A stretch of DNA of 64,000 bases from Camelus ferus (lineage: Eukaryota): the NCBI RefSeq assembly GCF_009834535.1, contig NC_045696.1, positions 103,480,001-103,544,000 of the forward strand, in the 5' to 3' direction. The notes beneath the pieces were generated by a model. It was given only the letters and a program-made list of their open reading frames with translations, had not been told where the DNA came from and made no database searches. Of the stretch, positions 23,810 through 36,989 are shown in pieces. A program made the position numbers and the translations under genes. Positions within the stretch are counted from its first letter, which is position 1, and each line of letters begins with the position of its first letter.

Positions 23810-26539
23810 CTCTTCTCTTGGTTCCTCTTAAGTCCAGTTTTTAAAGAAAATGAAAAAGAGCTCAGTTTTGTGGCATCAGATTCAAATGATTTTTTTTCCC
23901 CCTTTTTCTTTTATATGAGAAGATATGCTGGTCTGTCTGAGAAATGTCTTTCTTTTGGAAGAAGTCAATTTCTGTCATGAGTCAATCTTAATAAAACTAA
24001 TCACATTTATGGTCTTCCCTTTTACATTTTCACTCCATTTATCAAAAAAAAAAAACTTTTAGGAAAAGAACTGAGAACTTCTCACACATAACCCCTTCAG
24101 AGACTCCCCACCACGTCTGATGGTTGCTGCAGCAGACTCTGCCCAGGAAGATGACTGGAGTCTAAACACAATAATGACATTGCCAATAACAGTAGTGAAA
24201 ATAGGTAGCATTTATTCAGAGCCTACTCCTGGCTAACACAACATTAAGCTCTTCACTTACTTTATCACAGTTAACCATCACCACAACCCCATCTGTCTTT
24301 TAACTGTATTTTTTAATCTCTTTATACTTGCTTTTGCTTTTATAAATAGCTGTGCATCTGAGAAAGCCAGAAAATACAGGTGAATTTTTCAAAGGAAAAA
24401 ATTGTAGTCAAATGTTATTATGGAAAAGAGAAACTCAGTTGAAGGTGTCTGATGTCCAGCCATTCCCCAGTGGTTGTTCTGGATTGAAGCCCAGCCTTAT
24501 CCAGAAAGACCCATCCAGGATTCCTTGGACTTGCCCCACTATAACCCCGCTGAAAAGACAGGTATGGAAAGCTGCAATCATCATAAGATACTACAGGGTA
24601 TCTCTTTTCTCCCCAAACCCACTGAGTCTCCATCAATTAAAAGAAAGGAAGATGTAGGCTTGCCATCTACCAGAACCTACTGACCAATTTCTGTGTGATT
24701 CACAGCCTGGAGAGTAAGAGCCTTGACGGAGGGTTACTGAGATAAATTGAAGCTTCAAGGATGGATTTTTTTTTTAAAGTCGGATTTACTGAGGTATGAT
24801 TTACACAGCAACACTTTAAAGTATCAGATAGATCCAAGGAATGGGGGTTGGTATCACATAGATTTTAAATGTGATAGAACAAGGATAGAGTGAAAATTCC
24901 ACCCAAGGAGATCAGGAATGAACCCCAGGCCTGTATGTCTCAAGAGAACAAAGGAGTTGGAATGGGACTGGGTGCCGGGAGGAAGGAACTTGTACCACGC
25001 TGATGACCACTGGCAGGCATGAACACCCTGTACCAGAGGCCAAGAGCACACCTTTAAAGTCACTTTGAGCAGATCTAACGTGGACAAAGGAGAGTGCCTG
25101 GGGGTTCAGTAACCTTGGGGAACTTGCCAGGCCAGTCTTCACATCAAGATGCACTGTTCTCAACTAACATCTCAGCAACCAGGCTCCGATGGCCTTGGCT
25201 TGTCCATTAGGGATGGCCAACCACAGCCCTTCTGCAACTAGTCACAGAAGACAGGGAACGATGGGCCACTCAGAGGTTTTCTTTATGTTCTTCAACATCC
25301 CCACCTGGATGCCCCTGGAGGGCAGAGCCCACGCCTTATGCCCCTTTCTAATAAATGTCTGTGGTTGTTGATGCAGATCACTTGGCTCTTTTGCACTAGT
25401 TCTCAGTTCTGTAGTTAGAAATAGCACGAAGGTCATTTTACTGTTGAATTTTTCCCTGGCAGCTTTTTTGTTCAGGGCTCTTTTGGCCCGCCCTCGTGCA
25501 GTGCACTTTGGACAAATAGGAGAGGCCATCGGCGAAGGCAGCACCTTCTGTAATGGTTGGATCGGCAGCAGCAGGAAGACTTCTGCTTGCTGAACACATT
25601 TCAGAGCACTGACGGGGGCTCTTGTGTTACCGAACTCCATACAGAGATTACAGTGGGTCTTCTTATAACAGTCAGTGAAGAAAAGATACCAGCTGCCCAT
25701 ACACGAGGGCCACAGTGTGGGATTTGCCAAGAACAATGGATTTTGGCAAACTGTGTGTTGGAGAAGCACTTAAGTCAGAGACTTGCATGGTTATTTGCCA
25801 TTGTTCTGCTGCGTTGACTGATCAGAATAAACCCTGAAAAATACTTAAGCGGTCTTCACCTTTTATTTTATTGGAAAACACCATAGTTGACCTTGTCTGG
25901 AGACCCCATAAGATGCTCAGAAAAGCTTCTGGCTTTCTCCACAAAATTCATTCACAAACTCGTAAAAGCAAAGGAGGAGATCATCTTCAGTGATGTCTAA
26001 AGAAGGAGAAGAGTTTTTAACTGATTTCAAATGTTTGTGAATGCAACAGGGAGGGGCACTTGACCTCTGCTGTGTAACATGCTGTCTAGGCATTTGCTAC
26101 ACTTTGGAGGACGCGCACAAAATGATTCAAATGTTATCTCATTTGAATGAATGTTTAAAAACATACAAAGAGTTGAAATGAAAAAGTTGGAAGGTTTCCT
26201 GTTTCACCGAACAGCTGGTTTTTATATGCCTTCTCTCTAATGTTGTAAACAGTTTTATTCAAAACAGTCACAACATCAAATGCTTTAGCAAAAGGTTTTG
26301 CTGGATGGAGCAGGCTTCGGGCCATGATCTGGTATTTTAAGGTGGCATTTTCCTGAAGAAGTTGGTCAATATTTCATTTTATAGACTCAAAGTGTGCTTA
26401 TAAAGGACTGAGATAGATGTGTATTCAAACACACCAAGGGGGTGGTGTTCCCTTCAGGGAAGTTGTCTAAAGAGACCATTCGCTTCTTCCACTGCCTCGG
26501 CCACGGTTGGTACCGCCTCTGATACTCCCCGAGTGCACT

Positions 26540-26960
26540 TGAGAACAGGATGTTGGGGACGGTTAGTGGTCACCATCTCAAGCTCTCCTCTCCTTCCTGG
26601 GCAGACAGAAGGTAACACTAGCCAGCCCCTTGCCCTTAGGCAGGGCCTGAGGACGCATCTTGTCTGACAGAAGTGTGTCGGAAGTGATGTGCTTAGTGGG
26701 TCATTGCTGGACAAAGCCCTTCAGGTTTCTGCAGGCTCTTGTGTTGCCATAGCAACTGAAAGCCACCAGTTTCAATGGAACCTAAAGATGCAAGCAGCCT
26801 GTAGCTCTGAGTCACTGCTCAGAAGGGAGATATGTTGGAGGAACACTGGATCCATAAAGGACTTCGTGGGATTGAGAAATAATCCTTTGGTTTTAAGCCG
26901 CCGAGACTTTGGGATTTGCTTGTTACCACCACATAGCCTATTCTGACCACACTAATACGA
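26540..26960 (+). mobile_element. Old MLT1 LTR relic
   Basis: End motif TTTTAAGCCGCCGAGACTTTGGGATTTGCTTGTTACC...CTAATAC. Confidence 0.6.
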
Positions 26961-27474
26961 CAAAGTTGGAATTTACATGAGAAAAGCCAGTTTCATGTTT
27001 TCCATCTGATAAATGTAGAACTCCACCTCGTTTCAAAAGACACATTTGTTTGGTTATCTGTCACGCTTGGGAAGTTACTATACATGAATTTTGTTTCGCT
27101 CCTTAAAAAAATCAGGTCAAAAATAAAAAGCTTGCCTCCATACACAAACATTGTGAGCTAAGGCAGCCCTGTTCTAGGGCCACACCTGGCAACTACTTGG
27201 AAGATTTGGAGTGACTTGGCTCCCTAAGTTCTGGTGTAATATTAAAAATCAGTCATATTATTTTATGGTGTATCTTTCATATTTGTATGTATTTTTAGAT
27301 TTTGAAAATTCAGTCTAAGGAATTTAAGACACTCAAACTCATAGTTTAATCAAAATACTACCTGATATCACCTTTAGAGCAAATTAATAATTGCTATTAC
27401 TTATTGAATGATTCCTAACATAACGTTATATGTAACTTTGCATACATTATATCTAAATCTCAAAATACTCCACC

Positions 27475-28463
27475 TGAATTAGTCAGAGTTCTTTAGAGAA
27501 ACAGAAGCAAAAGGATGTTGAAGGGGTCCAGGATGCACAAGAGTGGTCTAACATTATTTTGAGCCGAAGGTATTTGAGAGTTAACAGGTGCCGGTTTTGA
27601 ACTCCCTTTGTCTGCCTTTAAGATAAGCAGAGCCTTGGAAAATAACTGAACTCATAAATCCTCTCCCCAGGAGTTTCAGGAGTTTTGGAACCAGGAAAGA
27701 TTGACTCTTATCACCAGTGACAGAAGTCAGCACCACACCTAAATAGACATTGTCAGAAAACTATCATATCTCTCATCTATTCTCCTAAGGGCCATTTATC
27801 TTTTCTAAAAGTCAACTGTTCTCCCATAACTGCCCTTCCCCCACCATTTCTAAGAAGTCATTTGTTTTCCTGTAAGTGATCTTCTCCCAGTCCCTTCCCC
27901 TATTAAGATGACATAAACCCCCAATTCTAACCACCTCCTAGTCACATTTTTCTGTGAACTCATTTGTGTGTACATTAATAAAAATCTATCTTTTCTCTTG
28001 CTAATTGTCTCTTGTGGGTTTAATTTTCAGCCTCCATCCCTAAACCTAAGAGGGTGGAAGAAAATTTTTCCTCCCTGACAGTGTGTGTGTATGTATATGA
28101 GAGAGAGAGAGAAAGAGAAAGGTTTACGTTAAGGAATTGGCTCACAGGTTCATGGAGGTTTGGCAAACCCAAATTCTTCTAGGTAGGCTGTCCAGCTGGA
28201 GACCCAGGAAGAGTCACAGTTCAAGTCCAAAGGTGGTTGGCTGGCAGAATTCCCTCTTCTCCCAGTCTTTTTCTGTTAAGGCCTTCATCTGACTGCACAA
28301 GGCCCAACCACATTATGAAGTATCACCTGCTTTACTCAAAGCCTACTCATTTACATGCTAGTCTCACCTGAAGAATCCCTGCACAGAAACATCTTGAATA
28401 ATGTTCGATCAAAATCTGAATGTTGTGGCCTCATCAAATTGACACATAAAATTAACCATCACA
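27475..28463 (-). mobile_element. ERVL-type MLT2 LTR split by a nested LTR
   Basis: ATTAGTCAGAGTTCTTTAGAGAAACAGA...; resumes after 28080 with AAGGAATTGGCTCAC ... TTGACACATAAAATTAACCATCACA. Confidence 0.8.
27520..28080 (+). mobile_element. ERV1-type solo LTR (MER34-like) nested in MLT2
   Basis: TGAAGGGGTCCAG start, internal AATAAA at about 27977, TTCCTCCCTGACA end. Near-TSD ATGT/GTGT. Confidence 0.7.
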
Positions 28464-28684
28464 ATCACAAAACCCCATTTTATATATGAGGATACGAAGA
28501 CACACAGAAAGTAATTCAATTGCTTGAAGTAAAATGACTAGTACATAGCAGAGCTGGGATGTGGGTCTGTCTGTGACTCGAAAACCCTTGGTTTCCTTCC
28601 TGCATAACACAGTCACCCTCTGCCAAGGGTCTTTTCATAGGTCAGCTTTTCTTATTTTTTTCTTTTGAAATATCTTGATCTTGA

Positions 28685-28819
28685 GGGGAGGGTATAGCTC
28701 AGTGGCAGAGTGCATGTTGAGCATGCATGAGGTCCTGGGTTCAATCCCCAGTACCTCCTCCAAATATAAATAAATAAATAAACCTAATTACCTTTCCCCC
28801 TCTTAAAACAAACAAAAAA
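28685..28819 (+). mobile_element. Vic-1-type SINE
   Basis: tRNA-like head and AAACCTAATTACC body. TSD ATCTTGATCTT at 28672-28682 and 28820-28830. Confidence 0.92.
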
Positions 28820-29470
28820 ATCTTGATCTTACTATTCCATTGTAAGCAATAAAGCTTGACTTCCCTCAAAAAATTTCAGCTGGACTTAATATAGCTGGCA
28901 ACATCCTCTGTATTCACTAAATATCTGTTGACTGATTAATGATATGATACAGAGATGTATAAAAGGGACAGAATTTTCCAGAGCGTTGGCTATCAGTACT
29001 GGTGGTTTTTACTTCAAATTTTCATTTTACTCATTTTCGAATAGGTAGTTTATTCACACGGTTCAAAATTTAAAAGCTAATAGAATTAAGTAATGAAAAT
29101 CCTCATTTGCATAGCTGTCACCAGCCCCCAATTTCCCTCTGTTAAAGTTGATGAATCCTATACATTCCTTGTATACTCTGATTGAAATATTCTATGCAAG
29201 TATTTGAATTAGTATTCTTTTTCTTCTTTTTTTATGTATGCTGTTTCCACTTCACTTTTTCACTTTAAAATGTATCTTGGAGGTTGTTCCATATCAAGAG
29301 TTCATAGGGTTTGAAAGTGTTGAAAATACTTAATCACATAATATACAAATAAAAACAGGAAAACACTACTAATACTTAATCACAAGGCTTTGTCATTAAT
29401 CCAAAGTATTCTCCAAATCCCTGTGGACAATGCTGACTTCACTAATCACGTCTGTTATACAACAGTTTAC

Positions 29471-29745
29471 CTGCTTCCTAAGCGTTGCTCTGGTGTCTTA
29501 GCCAAGAAGAGTCTGCAAATATCTTTCACTTCCTCTGTGAAGTTATCGTGTTGGAATCTGACTTCCTCTTTCAGTGTTCTTTGCTTTAAATCCTCTTTAC
29601 TGACTTTTTCCTTGTAATCTCTGAATGGTGTTCGTCCAGCAACCATTTCATAAATACTGCATCCCATTGCAAACCAGTCCACAGGATAGGAATAACTCGC
29701 TTTTTCCATTAGGATTTCCGGAGCCATATAACCATTGGTTCCAGC
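29471..29745 (-). CDS. GRK7: GRK7 coding exon 3 (aa 351-442): kinase C-lobe
   Basis: Translation AGTNGYMAPE...DWFAMGCSIYEMVAGRTPF...PEQRLGS. Length 275 nt. Acceptor TTTACAG|G; donor AG|GTAAAC, phase 2. Confidence 0.97.
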
Positions 29746-31291
29746 CTGTAAAGCCCCAAACAAAAACAAAACAAAACAAAAACACGAATGTGAGCGTAAC
29801 AGACGCTGCTGATTGCCTACCCAACCCCCCTTCTCCTTTCCTCTCCTTGCTGAGGGAGCCCTCATTTATTGGGAGAGGCCACGTGTCTAACCTATTGTAT
29901 TCCCTGCTTTTCCAGCAGCCTCTGGTGCAGTCAGGGCCCTGGAATCCGTTCTGGCCAATGAGACACGAGGATCTGGCTGGAGTGCCCTCTGAAAGAGACA
30001 GATGAGGCTGTTCCTGCAGTGGGAAAATCACCTGGACTCTCCCAGTCTCCTCACCTCATCTCTCAGGTGAAAAATGGTTGTCTCTAAGCTCCCCTAAGCT
30101 CTGCCTCTGCTTTTTACTCACAGAAAATATAAAATTAGATGCCTGATTTTTTTTAAGGTTGAGCACTTTATTCCTGGATGTTCACATAATATTATCCAGT
30201 CTATGATGCTTCTTACTCTATGTGCTACGTAATGACATTGTTATGACACATTTTTGCCTCTTTGTCTCTGCATTGAAAAATTAATACTGTCATTTTAATC
30301 CAGAAAGTTTCACACATTTAACTTCATTTAACATGCATGACTATATATTGTAGGTACACTTATACTGACAATATATACCAAATGACCATTGGGGTAATAT
30401 ACATATATTAATTTATATATAATATATAATTATATATTAATACAACATATACTTTTGGTAAAGTATGCATAACTTACAGTTTAACATCTTACCATTTTTA
30501 AGTGTACAGTTCAAGAATATTAAGTACATTCACATTGTGCAGTGAATCTCCAGAACTTTTTTCATTCATCTTTCATAACTGGAACTCTGCACCCATTAAA
30601 CAATCCCCCATTGCCTGGGTTCCCCAGGCCCTGGCAACCACCATTCTACTTCCTGTCTATGAATTTGACTATTCTAGGTTCCTCATACAAATGGAATCAT
30701 GCGGCATTTGTCTCTTTGTAACTGAGTGTGATTTTGTTACATCCATTCATTCAACAAATATTGAATGAACACCCACAACGTACCTTGTAATTATAAAGTA
30801 TGTATTTCCATTATAATATGTTTTCACAAAAACTAAATTGCATTTGGTTAAAGTATAACGTATAACCTCTGCAGCATTAAAAAATGCAAACAACACTCTA
30901 AAATGACAAGAAGCTTCTAGGAGTACATAAAAAGGAGAACACAAATTATTGGCAAAGTTGTGAGAAAAAAATACGCTCTGTAATTTGACTCAGATTTTTA
31001 GGAGTGCAGGAAGACACAGAGCAATAGAGAGAGATGCATCAACGGTCCCTGTGTTTTAACCAGGTCACTTAACTTGGGAGCACATATCTCCAAATGTACA
31101 CAATACCTTAGGAATATTAGATTATATGGATAAATTTTACATGGGTAACAACAATGAAAAACACAAATGACCCAAGCACTAATGAGGAGTAATTGGCTTA
31201 TGCAAGGAAATTCTGGAAGTGACCAAGATCTGACAGGCTGGGCATGAGTCAGCGTGGCACTGCTGTTTTCATAGAAGTGGGTATGTAATTT

Positions 31292-31365
31292 GGGTGACCA
31301 TATGTTCCGGTTTGCCTGGGACAGCCCCAGTTTACATCTGTTGTCCTGGCATCTCGTCCAGTGTT
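31292..31365. mobile_element. MER81/MER94-like hAT-Blackjack fragment
   Basis: GGGTGACCATATGTTCCGGTTTGCCTGGGACAG. Confidence 0.55.
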
Positions 31366-31709
31366 GCATCTGCCCAGACAAAAGGGTGCTGTAGGCTCCT
31401 CTGAGGCCCAGGATCTAGTCTTACTCATCTTTGTATCCAAACCAGGTATTTACCTCTGGGCCTCCCCTGTTGCCCAACAAGACTTTTGTTATGTAAACAA
31501 CAGTAAAGATGGTAACGAAATGTTTTCCATTCACCATCCAACAAATATTTGTTGAGCCATGTTCTGCAGTGATTTCCAGGGATTCCAAGACATATAAGAC
31601 CTGGCCCCTGCCCTTGAGGATTTACAAGCTGGTGGAGACAGGTCAAAAGGTTAATTCAATATAGGAGGGTCAATGCCATAATGGGAGTGTAAAACAAACA
31701 CAGGGAGGC

Positions 31710-31713
<4 letters not shown>

Positions 31714-31760
<47 letters not shown>

Positions 31761-31777
31761 TGTTTGTGTGTGTGTGT
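31714..31777. repeat. (GT)n microsatellite, imperfect at the 3' end
   Basis: Seen directly. Confidence 0.95.
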
Positions 31778-32194
31778 TAAGGATATGTCACTGAAGGGCA
31801 ACCGCTGAGCTGAATTACAAGGGAAGAACACAGAGAAGGCCGGCCAGGTTAGGGGCAGGTACAAGAATGGAGTCTGGAAAAATGTGGGGTGCTCAGGGAA
31901 CTTTAAGAAATTCGGCCTTTCTGGAATATAAGATCTGTAGGATGCAGTGGTGGGAGGGGTGACTGGGAGGGGAGACTGGAGGGGGAGATGTGGATGAGAG
32001 TGAGAAACGCCATCTACCAAGACAGCAAAAGCCTGTCCCCAGGCTCCCTTTTCTCTTTGTTCTTCTCCTGTAGAGCCAGGAGGCTAAGTACTCCATCTCT
32101 CTGCCTCCTTTGCACCTAGGGTGGCCACGTGTATGAGCTTTACTTAAGAAGTGTGCAACGCACAGAAGGTTGGGGAAAAGGGAGGTATGCTTAA

Positions 32195-33025
32195 AAAGAA
32201 AAAGGGAAATACATAAAAGTTATAGGATGGATTCATGGATCAATAGAAGGAGGGATAGGTGAATAGACACACGATAAAGCAAGTTTAACAAATGTTAATA
32301 ATGTACAGTGGAATACTGTTCAGCTACAAAAAGGAATGAAGTATTGATACATTGATGAACCCTGAAAACATTATGCTAAGAGAAAGAAGCCAGCCACCCA
32401 AGACCACTTACTGCATGATTCCACTGATAGGCAATGTCTAAAATAGGTGGTTCATAAAATGACTATACTTCAATAAAAAATAAATAGATTTCTTTTAAAT
32501 GGGGGGGAGGGTATAGCTCAGTAGTAGAGTACATGCCTAGCTTGCATGAGGTCCTGGGTTCAATCCCCAGGACCTCCATTAAACAAATAGATAAATAAAC
32601 CTAATTACCCACCCCCCTCCACCCTCAAACAAAAGGTAACAAAACAAAAAATAATAATACCACCACCAAAGTAAAAAAAAAAATTTAAATAAATAAATAA
32701 GGCGATTTCATAGAGCCAGAAAGTAGATTAGTGGTTGTTTAGGGTTGGGAGAAGGGGAATGGGAGTAGCTGCTACAAGGTAGGAGGTTTCTTTTGGAGAT
32801 GAAGAAAATATTCTAAAATTGTGATAATGTTTGCATATCTCTGGGAATATATTAAAAGCCATTGAATTGCACACCTTAAGTGGGTCAATTTTATGGTATT
32901 TAAATTATATCTCAATAAAGCTGATTAAAATGTCAGTGGTAAACTCTAGCTAATGGGTGTACAGGGGCTCTTGCTGTGAATTCTTGCAACTGCTGTATGT
33001 TTGGAAGTTTTCATGATAGAATGTA
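32195..33025 (+). mobile_element. Nested old L1M 3' fragments
   Basis: An L1MB-like segment at about 32300-32930 splits an older L1M 3' segment. Confidence 0.7.
32501..32695 (+). mobile_element. Vic-1-type SINE nested in an old L1 3' end
   Basis: GGGGGGGAGGGTATAGCTCAG...GGTTCAATCCCCAG with a long A-rich tail. L1 sequence resumes at about 32700. Confidence 0.9.
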
Positions 33026-33210
33026 CAGGGATAAAATGAATGAGGGATGGGGATGTAAGGCTAGGTGTTGCAAGACTGGCTGCTAGTTCACCAGGCACAT
33101 GGGACTCTTCTGGAAGGGTCACAAGGAGGAACCACAGGGAGAGAAGGCGGGGAGATGCTATCTCCCCCTCCCTCCCATCTCCCATTTCCATCAGTCAGTA
33201 GTTACCCTGT

Positions 33211-33538
33211 GTGATATCACTTACATGCAGAACCTAAAAAATACAACAAACCAGCGAATATAACAAAAAAGCAGCAGACTCACATATAGAGAACAAACTC
33301 ATGGTTACCAGTGGGGAGAGGGAAGGGGGAAGGGCAATATGGGGCAGGAAATTAAGAGGTACAAACTACTATGTATAAAATAAATAAGCTACAAGGATAC
33401 ATTGTACAGCACAGGGAATATAGCCAATATTTCATAGTAACTATAAATGGAGAATAACCTTTAAAAATTATGAATCACTGTATTGTACACCTGTAACTTA
33501 TATAATATTGTACATCAACTGTACTTCAATAAAAAAAA
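33211..33538 (+). mobile_element. L1 3' end (older subfamily)
   Basis: GATATCACTTACATG...ATGGTTACCAGTGGGGAGAG...GTACAGCACAGGGAATATAGCC...TACTTCAATAAAAAAAA. Confidence 0.88.
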
Positions 33539-34754
33539 GAAATGTCCCTTTGAATTCTCTCACATGTAAATGTTTAATCATATTTTGAAATTATATATTA
33601 TTAAAAACAATAAAGAATAGAATTGTTAAAGCAAGAAAAAAAAGTAGGGTTACCCCAAGGCTAGCTTGTCTATATTTCCAGGTATGTCATCCAGAGCCTT
33701 AGCACGTGCCCTGGAAGCCGGGTCCCACACCCCACAGTGTGGCATTTCATCCAGTTGTAGAGGTGGAGGAGCACCTTAGCCTAGAAGCTGTGCCAACACC
33801 GTGCTGCTTGAGAGAGAGAAAAGGAGGCAGTCGAGGGACTGTAAGAATGGGTGTGTGGTTTATGGCCCAGTGCACCAACTTGGTGGAATTTCTCAGTGAC
33901 GGGCTTTGGTGTGGGGCACTTTTCATCCACAGTGCTGGCAACTGGCTGGTCTCTCAATCCAGAAACTAATGGCTGTCAGTACTGGGGAATTTTCTCAAAT
34001 TATTTCTTTGATCATTTTCTCCCTTCTATTTTCTTTCTTCTCTCTCTCTCTCTCTCTCTTTTTTGAAATCCTGAATTTATCCTTTGTATTTCTTATCTTT
34101 TGCTCCTATTTTCATCTCTTTTGTCTTTTTTCTTTTCTTTTTTTTTTCTGTGAGACTTCCTCAATTTTTCTTCTAATTCTTCCATTTTTTTAAGTGCTTT
34201 ATTGGGAAATTTCAGACATACACAAAAGAAAAGACACTAGAATAATAAGCCCAGTGTACTCTACATCCAGCTTCAGCAATTATCTATCTTATTTCGTGTG
34301 TCTCTACTCACTCCCAAAGCTCCAGTCTATCCTAGATATCATTTTTATTTCACTATGAACCTCTAAAAGATAAGGTCATTTAGAAAACAAACCCAAAGCA
34401 CTACAAACACCATTATCTCACTTTAAAAATAACAATCATTCTTTATTATCAAATATCTGGACATGTTTACCCTCTCCAATTGCCCTAGGAACTTGTTCTC
34501 TAAAGAATTTGTTTAAATTTAGATCTAAATAAGGTTCATGCAATGAGATTGTTGATATCTCTCTTAAATCTCTGTGGATATATAAGTTTCTCCTTTATCT
34601 CTCCCTTGCAAGTTTTTGCTGGAGAAAACTAGTTAAACTGTAGTTTCCCACAGTCAGATTTTGCTGACTGCATTCCCGTGGTGTCATTTAACATGTTCCT
34701 CTGTTCTCCATATTACCTGTAAACTGATAGCTAGATCTAGAAGCTTCTACTGAA

Positions 34755-35612
34755 TTTTTTTTATTGAAGTATAGTTGATTTACAATGTTGTGTTAGCTTC
34801 AGGAGTACAGCAAAGTGATTCAGTTATACATATACATATGTGTGTGTGTATATATATATATATACATGTATGTATGTAAGTATGTATGTGTGTGTGTGTT
34901 TATGTGTATATATATATATATATACACACATACACTTTTTCAGATTCTTTTCCATTATAGGTTATTACAAGATATTGAATATAGTTCCCTGTGCTGTACA
35001 GAAGGAATTTTTTTTAATCTGTTTTATACATAGTGGCTAACATTTGCATCTCAAACTCCCAAATGTATCCCTTCCCACCCCCTTTCCCTTGATGACCATA
35101 AGAGTGTTTACTATGTCTGTGATCTGTTCCTGTTTTGTAGATGAATTCATTAGTGTCCTTTTTTTTTCTCCTTTTAGATTCCACATATGAGTGATATCAT
35201 ATGGTATTTTTCTTTCTCTTTCTGGCTTACTTCACTTAGAATGATGATCTTTAGGTCCATCCATGTTGCTGCAAATGGCATTATTTTATTCTTTTTTATG
35301 GCTGAGTGGTATTCCATCATATATATATACCACAATTTCTTTATCCAGTCATCTGTTGATGAACATTTAGGCTGCTTCCATGTCTTGGCTACTGTAAATA
35401 GTGCTGCTGTGAACACTGGAGTGCATATATTTTTTGAATTAGAGTTCCCTCTGGATATATGCCCAGGAATGGAATTGCTGGATCATATGGAAAGTCTATT
35501 TTTAGTTTTTTGAGGAATATCCATACTATTTTCCATAATGGCTGCACCAAACTCCAGCCTTTATTAATTGTAGACTTTTTAATGATGGCCATTCTGATTG
35601 GTATGAGGTGAT
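34755..35612 (-). mobile_element. L1 3' end including ORF2 C-terminus, sense to GRK7
   Basis: ORF MFTAALFTVAKTWKQPKCSSTDDWIKKLWYIY... is L1 ORF2. Contains an internal TA/TG microsatellite and a T-tail. Flanked by TACTGAA on both sides. Confidence 0.92.
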
Positions 35613-36626
35613 ACTGAACGTTTTTATTTCTGCAAGTATGTTTTATTAATGTATTATTAGCAGAGAATAATGTGCACAGATCTTATATACTCAGTATCAG
35701 TAAATTTTGATAATTGAATACAAATTGAGTACAAAATTATCAGTGAGTTTTGATAACTGAATACACCCATGTAAATACAACCCAAACAAGTTAAAGAACA
35801 TTTCCATCTACCCAGAAAGTTTCTTTGTGTCCCTTCTAGTCCATCCTCCTCCCCTCTTCCCAGGCAACCCACTTTCTCACTTCTGTCACCATAGATTAGC
35901 TTTGTTTGTTCTAGAATTTCATGTAAATGGAATTGTATGGTAGATACTCTTTTGTGTCTGACTTCTTTTTTTTAAAAACATTATGTTTTTGAGATTTATC
36001 CATGTCGTTCTGTAAACATATTTGTATATTTTTTTCTTTCCAAATGTCCTTGTTCTTTTCAGAATATTCTTTGTTTCCCAGCATCTGTTCTTCTTTCATG
36101 GACGCAATATCTTCCCTTAAATCTCAAAAGATACTAATTGTAGGTTTTAAAAAATATTATTTTCTATCCCCACATTGTTCCTGTTTTCTACAAGTTTCTT
36201 TCTTCTGTTTGTTTGGGCACCATCTTTCATTTTGGAGGATTTTTTCAAATGACAAATGATCTTTGACTCTGTTTATATTTAAGAGGGCAACACCAAAATC
36301 TGACAAGAATCTTGTCAACTGATGGGCATCACTGCAGGGTGATTATGCCAAGCCACTTCACTGCGATCCCACCTGTGAGTATCTGCAGGCGTTTTTTTTC
36401 AGGCTGCTCAGTTTCCCCAGAGGGAGATCATCAAACACCCCGCCTGAGGGTGTCAGCCTGCTTGCCCTCACCCTGGGAACTGAGGCGGGGAAGGGGCTGA
36501 GGGTCTCCCTGTACGTAGTCGGTCACTCTCCACAGCTCTGAGTTGGGCTGTCTGTTCCTAGGGTAGGCTTCTCTCTGGTTCAGTCTCCTGAGCTGGGGTG
36601 AGAGAGGCATGAAGAAAGACCATAGT

Positions 36627-36725
36627 GGGGGAGGGTACAGCTCAGTGGTAGAGCGCATGCTTAGCATGTACACGGTCCTGGGCTCAATCCCCAATATCTC
36701 CACTAAAACAAAAACTAAAAATTAT
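36627..36725 (+). mobile_element. Short Vic-1-type SINE
   Basis: tRNA-like head plus A tail. Degenerate TSD AAGAAAGACCATA / AGGAAAGACTATA. Confidence 0.88.
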
Positions 36726-36989
36726 AAGGAAAGACTATAAACAACATCCCACTGCATGTCTGACGGTGGTGATAGGTAAATTCTACTCAGCAACAATTAC
36801 TGTGAGCTTGCTCCTTGTGTGGCAAGCTTCCAAAGAGCAGATTTCAGAGGCGAGTGACTTTAAGGATTAACATCACTAATCAGAGCACTGGATAAACATC
36901 AGTCGCTCAGTAGAAGGTGTGGGGTAAAAGTGGAGAGCATATGTCAGTCCTGAACAAAGGATTGTGAGACACACGCTGGGAGAAAAATT

